A stretch of DNA of 64,000 nt, from the NCBI GenBank assembly GCA_963711835.1, contig CAVQFQ010000016.1:64001-128000 (forward strand). Direction: 5' to 3'. The position numbers and the translations under genes were made by a program. The notes beneath the pieces are model-generated. The model was not told the origin of the DNA, ran no database searches, and saw nothing but the letters and a program-made list of their open reading frames with translations. Below, one piece after another: positions 31,928-42,156 of the stretch. The number at the start of each line of letters is the position of its first letter. Position 1 is the stretch's first letter. This stretch comes from an uncultured delta proteobacterium. GTDB lineage: Bacteria; Desulfobacterota; RBG-13-43-22.

Positions 31928-31969
31928 ATTTAATTAAATTCTTTATAAATCGCAACCGGAAAGACCTTT

Positions 31970-33055
31970 TCAATGAATCAAAGGCAGGGATACTTTGGAA
32001 GCCAGGCGACCGTAAAGACGCCGCAGGACAAATTTAAAGAGAAAGAGAGGATGTTTGACCCAGCGGGCGGTGAAAAGAGAACGGCCGGGGGCAAGGCCAT
32101 AGTAAAGGTGGAGCCACCATTCCGAGGGAAAGAGGGTTTCCTTTAAAAATCCCCAAAGCCCTAAGTTCTTCCATTGCCGGAAGGTGATGCGGGGCCAGCC
32201 CTTGAATTCCTGTCCTATGTCTTTAGGGGCCTCCCCCGGTTTGATGGAAAACCGCTTGACCAGTTTTTCAGAAAGAGGGCTGAGGCAGTGAAACAGGGAT
32301 AGGATTCCCTGGAGGGAGGGAAGCATTTGAATCAATCGCTCCCAGTCCATCTCGTCCTCAAACTGCTCACTTATATTTATCAAATCGGTTAAAGCGATGA
32401 GCCGGGCCTGTTCGACGGCCATGTGCCGGTAGATATGTCGGAACATATCCTCCAGGGCCAGGGTGTGGGCCGTGAGCCCTTCGAAAGAAAATGGCCTGGC
32501 CCTGGCCATAAGATCGTCCACCAAAGGTTGCCCGGGGTCCCATTCCTCTTCAATAAGGCTAAAATGGACCTCCAGGGTCATTTCATAGCCGCTTACGCGG
32601 GAGGTAAGGGCCGGAAGGTGCTTTGAAGATCTGGGCTTTTTTAATTCGGCAGGATGGACGGTAAAGCCCAAGTCGCCCAGCAGGATTTCCATGACCGGGG
32701 CCTGGCTGGGATGGACCAGCAGATCCAGATCGCGCATGGGGCGCAGACCCGGTTCCGGATAGACCAGATGGAATAAGGCGGCCCCCTTGAGCAGGATCAA
32801 CTGCACCCCGGCCTTTTCACAGGCTGGTATAATTTTGGTCAGAAGACCGGTGCGGATCTGGTTGGCCTGGCGGTGACGCAAGGTGAGGGCCTGCAGTTGA
32901 CGGCGAGTAGTTTCGGGAATTTCAAGGCCGGCATTACGGCAGTGGAAATAAAAAAGGGGGGCCATCCCCTGCTCTTCGGCAAAGGGGATGAGATTTACCC
33001 ATTGGGAGAATCCCTGGAATTGTTCTTTTAATAACAGACCCTGCACCCGGTCCAA
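31970..33055 (-). CDS. Nucleotidyltransferase family protein (NTP_transf_5 type)
   Basis: LILLKGAAL, RPMRDLDLLV, LEVH. Start uncertain because the frame is open further upstream. Confidence 0.88.
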   Translation of the reverse strand: MDRVQGLLLKEQFQGFSQWVNLIPFAEEQGMAPLFYFHCRNAGLEIPETTRRQLQALTLRHRQANQIRTGLLTKIIPACEKAGVQLILLKGAALFHLVYPEPGLRPMRDLDLLVHPSQAPVMEILLGDLGFTVHPAELKKPRSSKHLPALTSRVSGYEMTLEVHFSLIEEEWDPGQPLVDDLMARARPFSFEGLTAHTLALEDMFRHIYRHMAVEQARLIALTDLINISEQFEDEMDWERLIQMLPSLQGILSLFHCLSPLSEKLVKRFSIKPGEAPKDIGQEFKGWPRITFRQWKNLGLWGFLKETLFPSEWWLHLYYGLAPGRSLFTARWVKHPLFLFKFVLRRLYGRLASKVSLPLIH

Positions 33056-33120
33056 CTTCGACCGGGCACAGGGTATTAAAATCTTAAACAGTGATTCCGT
33101 CTTAGTAAAGAAAGCGGCAA

Positions 33121-33729
33121 TTACCTGCGGCGCATCGGTGATTTTTGACCACCAATTATTGAACGGATACCGCTAGTTGGCGTAATCGTCCCCACTGGAA
33201 ACTCAACGTTACAGATGTTGTAACCGGTTGACGTACTTGCAGCAGTTAAAGTTATCGTAAAAGTTTGGGTAATGGCCCGGGCTTTTACCCGGACCGTACA
33301 CGGGGTAGAGGTGGCGGGGACAGCGTCGCTACTATAATAGACGAGGTATATCTGGTAGATGCCAGCCGCCGTATTATTGATGGGAACAAAGATGTTCTCG
33401 GGGCCAAGCCCGCAGGTATTATCAAAGTCTAACGTTGCTGTTGGTCCAACTTTATTTGCATAATAAACATGAGCTCCAAGCGGTTCGATGACATGAAGGT
33501 CAATATCAACCGACGAACCTACACAGGTTGGATCTCCGGTAGTCCAGGTCAAAGTGGCCTGAAAATCACCGGTCCCCAAAGAGGCCTGGGCAAAGGCCGG
33601 CAGGGCGCCTATGCCGACTACGGGCTTTTCCCAGCCGGGCAATAGGGAAATGGTCGTGGCCCCGGCGGCGGCGGATAAAACTTTAAGAGCCTTACGACGT
33701 GACATGGATTGGTCTTTTGGTTCGCTCAT
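33121..33729 (-). CDS. Tat-signal protein with WxxP leader motif and YfaP/DUF2135-like cargo domain; putative substrate of the cassette
   Basis: SRRKALK...LLPGWEKPVVGIGALPAFAQAS, then LTWTTG...DIDLHVIEP...LDFDNTCGLGPENI. AAGGAGG RBS. Confidence 0.8.
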   Translation of the reverse strand: MSEPKDQSMSRRKALKVLSAAAGATTISLLPGWEKPVVGIGALPAFAQASLGTGDFQATLTWTTGDPTCVGSSVDIDLHVIEPLGAHVYYANKVGPTATLDFDNTCGLGPENIFVPINNTAAGIYQIYLVYYSSDAVPATSTPCTVRVKARAITQTFTITLTAASTSTGYNICNVEFPVGTITPTSGIRSIIGGQKSPMRRR

Positions 33730-33795
33730 CGTATCCTCCTTTAAAAAAATAGTTGTACCTATTAGAATTTAAAATATAACCTTTCAGGCTTCTTT

Positions 33796-33824
33796 ATATT
33801 AAAATCAACTAAAAATCAAGTCAA
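33796..33824 (-). promoter_or_regulatory. Putative sigma70 promoter of the cassette
   Basis: Minus strand TTGACT-N17-TAATAT. Confidence 0.5.
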
Positions 33825-34143
33825 ATTTTTGAAAAGTATACATTTTTTTTAAATCCTTCTTGGGATCCCTTGGTATCTCTTCCCCTCTCCGAGGCGGGAT
33901 TGAGGGCAAGGGATTGAGGCCGATCAAACAACCTATTTGACAGCGGACCCGAAAAAAAACTATAGTTCTTTTTCGGCCATAAAAACCCTCTGTCCATTTT
34001 CACTAACACGCTTGTATCTCTTCCCCTGCCCGATGGGCACGAAGGGAAGGGAAATTAAGGGGGAAAGGTGTTTATTATAGGATCCGGGCTGATAACTATT
34101 ATTTTTTAATAAATCCAAACTCTTACGATAATTTTAGCGCATT

Positions 34144-34815
34144 ATGGAGATCGTCCGATTAGAAGAAGTTTCTAAAGAATATGTTCTTAAGGGAGAAACC
34201 ATCCGGGTTTTAAGCCGGGTATCGTTTACCGTCCAATCCGGAGAATTTGTGGCCCTCATGGGACCCTCGGGGAGCGGGAAAACCACCCTGCTGCACCTGA
34301 TCGGCTGTGTGGATCTGCCCACCTCGGGCCGCATCAGCCTGGGAGGCCAGGAAACCTCAGCCTTAAACCCGGCCCGGTTGGCGGAGATTCGATTAAATCG
34401 GCTGGGCTTTATATTCCAGGCCTTCAATTTATTACCGGCCATGACGGTCCTGGATAATTGCGCCTATCCCTTGATTCTACAGGGGGTCCCTTTTCGGGAA
34501 AGAAAGCAGAGGGTGGAGGCCATGCTTTCCCGGGTGGGCCTGGCCCATCGTCTGAAACACAGGCCCGAAGACCTCTCGGGAGGGGAGCAGCAAAGGGCGG
34601 CCATTGCCCGGGCCTTGGTCACCCGACCGCTCTTGGTCCTGGCCGATGAACCGACGGCCCACCTGGATGCCGAAACCGGCCAGGAGATCATCGACCTGAT
34701 GTACCGCCTGAACCGGGAGGAAAAGATAACCTTTCTATTCGCCACCCACGACCCGGCCATCCTGACCCAGGCCGGTCGTATCCTCAAACTGTCCCAGGGG
34801 AGAATTACAGAGTAG
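34144..34815 (+). CDS. ABC ATP-binding protein (LolD/MacB-like)
   Basis: GPSGSGKT, LSGGEQQR, LADEPT. Confidence 0.92.
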   Translation: MEIVRLEEVSKEYVLKGETIRVLSRVSFTVQSGEFVALMGPSGSGKTTLLHLIGCVDLPTSGRISLGGQETSALNPARLAEIRLNRLGFIFQAFNLLPAMTVLDNCAYPLILQGVPFRERKQRVEAMLSRVGLAHRLKHRPEDLSGGEQQRAAIARALVTRPLLVLADEPTAHLDAETGQEIIDLMYRLNREEKITFLFATHDPAILTQAGRILKLSQGRITE

Positions 34816-34843
34816 TACTAATGTCTCTTCCGAATTTTTCGGG

Positions 34844-36325
<1,482 letters not shown>

Positions 36326-36326
<1 letters not shown>

Positions 36327-37279
36327 CAGGGTCCTTTCTTGGCCGGCGCAGGTTCGTTTTTTTCCTCCCAGACCTCAGGCCCCTGGGGGATCTTTTTGAT
36401 AAACCCCGGGTCCAAAAAGAGGGTTTCCCGGTGGATAGGACTGCGGGTCGGGAGGCCTTTTTCAGCCGTCCCGGCCCCAATGATCAGGGTCTCTTCTTTC
36501 TTTTCCTTTTCGCCGCCCAGGAGGCGGATCCGGAGCCTGGGCTTTTTAAATCCCCAGTCAGGCTCTTCCTCTCCCGGTTCCGCAAATCCTTTGGCCTGGG
36601 TCAAGAGGAGGTCCGATAGGAAAGAGGCGACCTTTTCCTTAGCCAGTGTCCGATTCGGCTTTTCTTTGGAGATCCAGCCTTTGCTTCCCTTCTCAAGAAA
36701 AAACCTTTTTCCATCGGAGGAAATTTCAAATCCATGGATCTGCTCGGAGGCAAAAGAAAAAATCTTTTTGGATCTCAAAGCGAAGAGATCCCGATCCAGT
36801 TCCTTTATCTGGGAACTGTCGACCAGGAAAAGGGAAGGAGACCGGGAGGTCTTGACATAAAAGGCATTGCCGACGGCATTTTTAGCGCCGATTCGTATTT
36901 CCTCACCCTTTCCCTGGGCCTGATAGGAAATAATCAGCCCGGGGGAATCCAATCCGAATTCCTTCAGGTTTTGAATCGGCTCGGTTAGTACGCGCTCCGG
37001 TCTGAGGCCGGTCAGTCCTTGAAGGATCTCTTCCAAAACCGGGGTATCAGCCGCTAAGGCCAGAGGTGTGACGATTTCCCAGCCTTTACCCTTTTTAATC
37101 CGTATGATTTCCTCTCCTCTTTTCCATTGAACCTCCTCCAGCGCAGCTGCAGAAAGAGGAAAAAGAAGAGGATTTTTCTCTTCCCTGGGGGCCTGGGGCC
37201 GGAAGAACCGGGTGGCCGCCAAAAACCCGGCGATGACCAAAAGGATTACCAGATAAACCCAGAGTTTTTTTAGGTTCAA
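36326..37279 (-). CDS. DUF4340 domain protein
   Basis: N-terminal TM, LKEFGLDSP, LRSKKIF, DWGFKKP; gld-like operon context. TTG start overlaps the upstream stop. Confidence 0.8.
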
Positions 37280-38676
37280 CGGGCCCGGCTCCTCTTTTTC
37301 CAGACTGCCAGGCCGGCTGTTACGATTAGAAGAGGGAGTAGGACCAAAGGGACCCAAAAGAGCACCTTGGCCTGGGCGGCAGTCAAGGATAAAGGCTTGA
37401 CCGGGGTTTTAGCCGGACGGATGGCTATTAATTGTTCCTCTTCGGTCAGGAAATTTACGGTATTTAAAAAAAGGTCCCCGTTTCCGGAAAGATTGAAGGT
37501 GCCGTTGCCTGCAAAATCCGAATCCCCGAAAACAGCCAGCCGGCCTTTTAACGGTTTTTGTTCCTTCTCAGCGCTCCCCACAGGTTGACCTTGATTTCCC
37601 GGGGCGTTCAGAGTGAGCAGGACCGCTAAAGTTAGGGGCCCCTGACGATCCTGACCGGCATCGAAGGTTGCCTCCCCTTTTTCGATCTTAGCTTTATTGC
37701 TCTCGGCCCAGCTTCCGGAAGAAGAGCGAACCAAAACATCGGAACGAACCCCCGGGGGTAGCGGGGAGGACAGGGTTAGGGGGCGGGCGCTGGGATAGAA
37801 AGTGGCCACGGTGAATTTTTCGGTGATCGGATGCTGCCCGTAGGAACCGGCCATAGGGATGAGGTAATCCCCTCCGAATAAACGGCTGACTTTATCGATC
37901 AGGATCTCGTTGGATAACATTAACCCGTAGCTTTTCAGCCATTCCGTTAATCCGCCATCCCTAAAAGGCTCCAGCAGCAGGATGAGGCTTCCCCCGCCGG
38001 CCAGATAGTTTCTCAGATCCTGGAGTTCTTCGCCAAAAAAAGGCTTTTGGGGTCCGGCAATCACCAGGCAAGCGGTTTCGGGCGGAAGACCGCCGGCCAG
38101 GAGATTAACTTCCTCCACCCGGTAGTTTTCCTTTTCCAAAAGCCCCTTGGCCAGAGAAAAGCCCTGGCGCTGGGTTTCATTAAGACTTTTTTCACCATGC
38201 CCGGTGGTAAAGACCACTTTTTTGACCTTGTTTTGCATCAGTCGAAGGAGGCCGCCGGTAATCCCTTCCTCATCGGCCGAGGACACATTCCGGGTCTTCC
38301 CTCCGGACTCCAGGACCAGGGTCCCGTAATTGCGAACGCCGAATTGTTGGGCCTGGGCCGGCTGACGGTCCGGGTCGATGAAGAGATAACGGATGCGGGG
38401 ATTGCTGTAGACGTAGGTATCCAGCAAAGCCTGGGCCTTCTTCTTGCCTGGATTTCCTTCCTGGAAAAAGGCCCGGATCATTACCTCCCGGTTAATTGAT
38501 TTGACGATCCTTTGGGACTGAGGGGAAATGGAATGCCTTTGCCCCTCGCTGACATCCCATCTCAAAGGGAAGCGGTGGATAATCAGGGTCAGGCCTATTA
38601 GAATAGCCAAAAAGACCAGGGTCAAGGCCGTTAAAAAAGAACCCTCTTTCCATTTTGATTGTGTTATTGATGTCAT
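37276..38676 (-). CDS. GldG family ABC auxiliary component
   Basis: RWDVSE, FTTGHGEK, LVIAGPQKPF, VFGDSDF, NGDLFLNTVNFL. Confidence 0.88.
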   Translation of the reverse strand: MTSITQSKWKEGSFLTALTLVFLAILIGLTLIIHRFPLRWDVSEGQRHSISPQSQRIVKSINREVMIRAFFQEGNPGKKKAQALLDTYVYSNPRIRYLFIDPDRQPAQAQQFGVRNYGTLVLESGGKTRNVSSADEEGITGGLLRLMQNKVKKVVFTTGHGEKSLNETQRQGFSLAKGLLEKENYRVEEVNLLAGGLPPETACLVIAGPQKPFFGEELQDLRNYLAGGGSLILLLEPFRDGGLTEWLKSYGLMLSNEILIDKVSRLFGGDYLIPMAGSYGQHPITEKFTVATFYPSARPLTLSSPLPPGVRSDVLVRSSSGSWAESNKAKIEKGEATFDAGQDRQGPLTLAVLLTLNAPGNQGQPVGSAEKEQKPLKGRLAVFGDSDFAGNGTFNLSGNGDLFLNTVNFLTEEEQLIAIRPAKTPVKPLSLTAAQAKVLFWVPLVLLPLLIVTAGLAVWKKRSRAR

Positions 38677-38741
38677 TTTGAAATCCAGCCACCGCGGCCT
38701 TTCTTCCAAAAATGGAGAAAAAAGGCGCCGGGATAATGGCC

Positions 38742-39512
38742 TTATCCTCGAATTTTCTGCGAATCCAAGTAGCGCAGGGTCAGGAAAATGAAAAAAGCCG
38801 AGAAACTGATATAAAAAAAGAAATCCCGGGTATCCCAAATCCCTTTGGTAAAGGAGTCGAGATGCTCCGTAACCGAGATATAGGTGACCACCTTATTGAC
38901 GATCGGACCGGAGACCGAACCGACCCATCCGATAATATAGAAAAAAAGCAAAGCCCCAAAACCCAACACGGCGGCAATGATTTGATTTTGGGTCAGGGAT
39001 GAAACAAAAAGACCCAGGGAGATAAAGCCGGCCACCATCAAGACCAGGCCGGCGTAGCCGGTCAGGATCATTCCCCATTCCAGATCCCCAAACCAGGACA
39101 GCAGGACCAGATAGAGGGAGGTCAGGGCCAGCAGAATCATGATAATCATCAAGGTAGCCAAAAACTTGCCCAGGATAATCGACACCTCCCGCAAGGGATA
39201 GGTCAGCAGAAGTTCAATGGTGCCGTTTTTCTTTTCTTCGGCCAGTAAACGCATGGTCAATAAAGGGATGATCAAAAGAAGAAGAATGCTCATGTCGTCG
39301 AATAAAGGTTTGATGACCATCTCATTCAGATTAACCGGGCCGGCCGAAAAGGGATTTTGGGCAGCCTGGAAACTGATCAGGCTGAAGTAGGCCACCGCGG
39401 TATAGAAGAAATAGCCGCTTAAAAGCAAGAAGATCGTCCCCACCACATAGAAAATCGGCGAGGCGAAGAAGGTGTAGAGCTCCCGCTGGAAAACAGCCCG
39501 GAATCCTCTCAT
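38742..39512 (-). CDS. GldF-like ABC-2 permease
   Basis: RELYTFFASP, PLLTMRLLAEEKKNGTIELLLTYP. Confidence 0.9.
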   Translation of the reverse strand: MRGFRAVFQRELYTFFASPIFYVVGTIFLLLSGYFFYTAVAYFSLISFQAAQNPFSAGPVNLNEMVIKPLFDDMSILLLLIIPLLTMRLLAEEKKNGTIELLLTYPLREVSIILGKFLATLMIIMILLALTSLYLVLLSWFGDLEWGMILTGYAGLVLMVAGFISLGLFVSSLTQNQIIAAVLGFGALLFFYIIGWVGSVSGPIVNKVVTYISVTEHLDSFTKGIWDTRDFFFYISFSAFFIFLTLRYLDSQKIRG

Positions 39513-40450
39513 CCCTCACCTCCCGGCTCTTCCGTAACCAATTGAACAAATATTTCCTCCAGGCTCAATTCCCGGCCGGCCATTTCCAACAATCCCCAGC
39601 CCTGATCAACCACGATTTTGGCCAGCTGGGAGCGGACGTCTTGGTCCTTATTCATCTCGACTACGAATTTGCCGGACCCGGGTTCCATGATTTCCGCCCG
39701 CAGGATTCCCGGTTGCACCGTTAAGACCCTGAGCACGTCCTCCTCCGGACCCTGAATAGTCACGTGAATGACCCTGGCGGTCTGCAATTGGGCCGTCAGG
39801 TTGGAAACGGTATCGGTGGCCACGATCTTTCCCCGATTTAAGATTATGACCCGCTGGCAGATCTGGCTCACCTCCGGAAGGATATGGGTGCTGATTAAGA
39901 TGGTCCTTTCCTGCCCCAGCGATTTGATGAGCTGGCGGATCTCAATAACCTGAGCCGGATCCAATCCAATGGTGGGCTCATCGAGGATCAGTACCGGTGG
40001 ATCATTTAAGAGGGCCTGGGCCAGGCCGACCCTTTGTTTAAAACCCTTTGAGAGATGGCCTATGATGCGTCCCCGGACCGATTCCAAGCCGCATTCCTCG
40101 GCCACCTTGTCCATCGCCGGTCCGACTTCACGGGGAGCCATCCCTTTGGCCTGGGCTGCGAAGGACAGAAAAGCCTTGACGGTCATTTCCATGTAGAGGG
40201 GATTATTTTCAGGCAGGTAGCCTACCTGAGAACGAACCTTAAGGGAATCCTTATGGACATCTAGGCCATTGACCCGGACTTGACCGGAAGTGGGAGGCAG
40301 AAAACAGGTCAGGATCTTGAGGGTGGTGGTTTTGCCGGCCCCGTTCGGACCTAAAAACCCGACTACCTCGCCCTGGCTTATGGAAAAGGTAAGGTCGGAT
40401 ATGGCAGGCAAAAAGCCATAATATTTGGTTAACTGGTCAACTTCAATCAT
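39509..40450 (-). CDS. GldA-like ABC ATP-binding protein
   Basis: GPNGAGKTT, LSKGFKQRVGLAQA, LDEPTIGLDP. Confidence 0.93.
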   Translation of the reverse strand: MIEVDQLTKYYGFLPAISDLTFSISQGEVVGFLGPNGAGKTTTLKILTCFLPPTSGQVRVNGLDVHKDSLKVRSQVGYLPENNPLYMEMTVKAFLSFAAQAKGMAPREVGPAMDKVAEECGLESVRGRIIGHLSKGFKQRVGLAQALLNDPPVLILDEPTIGLDPAQVIEIRQLIKSLGQERTILISTHILPEVSQICQRVIILNRGKIVATDTVSNLTAQLQTARVIHVTIQGPEEDVLRVLTVQPGILRAEIMEPGSGKFVVEMNKDQDVRSQLAKIVVDQGWGLLEMAGRELSLEEIFVQLVTEEPGGEG

Positions 40451-40654
40451 GGCCGGTCAGGATTTAGACGCACTATTCCCTTTTCCTAATTTGAGCTGGG
40501 TATTTATTAGTCATTTCAGTTACGGTTGTCAAGTTCGGCCTTGATTTTTAAGGATTTTTTTCCGATGAATGTGGTAGAATAACATCCCGGCGATCAGAAG
40601 GCCATGACCTTCCCGCCTGACGGGAAAATTTTTTTTAAAACGAAAGCCGTTTTT

Positions 40655-41749
40655 ATGCAAGACATTTATCAGGAAATCCTAAAAGAACTCTCCCAAGGTC
40701 GGGATTTCATCCTGGCCACTATCATCGACCAGAAGGGCTCGGCCCCTCGAACCCAGGGAACCAAATTTTTGATTCGATCGGACGGCCGTTTTAGCGGGAC
40801 CATCGGCGGGGGCCGGCTGGAGGCCGATGTCTTAAAAGCTGCCCCGGAGGTATTTAAAAAGAAGAAGAATAAAATCCTCCCCTTTCGGCTCAAGGGGGAA
40901 GAAGTGGCCCAGACCGACATGATCTGCGGTGGAGAAGTGGATGTCTATCTGGAGCTTTTTTTGAGCGAAAACCCCGGCCATCTGAATTTCTTCCGGGAAG
41001 TTCAAACCCTTCGGGAGCAGGGCCGCGAGGTCGTACTGGCTACCTGGGTGGAAGATGGTGCGGCGGCGGAAAGAGAGGACCTGAATTGGATAGGCCCCCT
41101 TAGTGATGAAGGGCCTCAGGAGGAGGGGAGGACCCGGCCTTTCTGGGTCCGGCCCCTTTTGGAAGCCCTTCCTGGGATAAGCCGGGCCAACCAACCCCTT
41201 CTTCAAACTCTTTTGGTAAAAGGTGAGCCCCAAAAAATTTACCTGGAACCCTTACCGGTCCCCTCCTTTCTTTATGTTTTCGGGGCCGGTCACATCTCCC
41301 TTTTCCTTTGTCCTTTGGCTAAAATGGTCGGTTTTCAAGTAGCGGTCTTTGATGACCGGCCGGAGTTTGCCAATCGGGAGCGGTTTCCGGAAGCGGATGA
41401 GATCGTCGCTCGGCCCTTCGAAGAGGCTTTGCAGGACTATCCCTTCAGTGCCAACAGCTTTTTTGTCATTGTCACCCGAGGCCATCTGCATGACCACCAG
41501 GTCCTGGGCCGGGTTTTAAAAAAACCCCACCGCTATGTCGGTATGATCGGCAGCCGGCATAAAAGGGCGGTGGTCTTCAAGGCCTTAAGGGAAGAAGGGG
41601 TCTCCGAAGAAGAATTGAAAACCGTTCATGCCCCCATAGGGCTGGACATCAACGGCGAAACCCCGGAGGAAATCGCCGTTTCGATCGCCGCCGAACTGAT
41701 TCAGGTTCGCGGGCAGGGCCGGGTCGGGAAGAAAAACTGGAAAGTCTAA
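40655..41749 (+). CDS. XdhC/CoxI family molybdenum hydroxylase accessory protein
   Basis: GSAPR, GTIGGG, MICGG, FGAGH, YVGMIGS, PIGLDI..ETPEEIAVSI. Confidence 0.93.
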   Translation: MQDIYQEILKELSQGRDFILATIIDQKGSAPRTQGTKFLIRSDGRFSGTIGGGRLEADVLKAAPEVFKKKKNKILPFRLKGEEVAQTDMICGGEVDVYLELFLSENPGHLNFFREVQTLREQGREVVLATWVEDGAAAEREDLNWIGPLSDEGPQEEGRTRPFWVRPLLEALPGISRANQPLLQTLLVKGEPQKIYLEPLPVPSFLYVFGAGHISLFLCPLAKMVGFQVAVFDDRPEFANRERFPEADEIVARPFEEALQDYPFSANSFFVIVTRGHLHDHQVLGRVLKKPHRYVGMIGSRHKRAVVFKALREEGVSEEELKTVHAPIGLDINGETPEEIAVSIAAELIQVRGQGRVGKKNWKV

Positions 41750-41769
41750 CCAAAGCTATTTGAAATTTT

Positions 41770-42067
41770 GAGTTTGTCCCAACGTTACGTGATTTTTAAG
41801 CACTCCATTCATAGAGGGCTTCGGGGGTCTTGATTTCAAGGTTGTCCAAAAGGTAATCCGTAGCCCCAACCCGGCCCTAATTTCTAAGTTGGTTGGGAGC
41901 CGGGCATTCATCCCGCCGAAGACGGGACTTTGGTGTTGGCCTGTTTCTAAACCCCATTATAAACTTCCTGCCCGGGTTCAGGCTGCCGGCGTTTTGGTGG
42001 ACAATCCTTGAAATCAAGACCCCTGAAGCCCTTCGGTTTGAGAATCACGTAACTTTGGGACTCTCCC
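41770..42067. mobile_element. MITE copy 1 (298 bp; IS256-like ends) with inner IR-bounded core
   Basis: 8-bp TSD GAAATTTT (41762-41769 and 42068-42075); TIRs gagtttgtcccaacgttacgtgatt / aatcacgtaactttgggactctccc; inner IRs at 41815-41847 and 41999-42032. Confidence 0.88.
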
Positions 42068-42156
42068 GAAATTTTTCTCTATCGTTGATGGGTATGATGG
42101 TTGAAAGCAAGAGATAAATTCTCAAAACAGGCCGTATAAGCAACTAAGGAGAGGAC

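Noticed and set aside
41893-42117. 74-aa ORF overlapping the MITE (also 10590-10799)
   Set aside because: No RBS or transposase motifs; lies across non-coding repeat structure.
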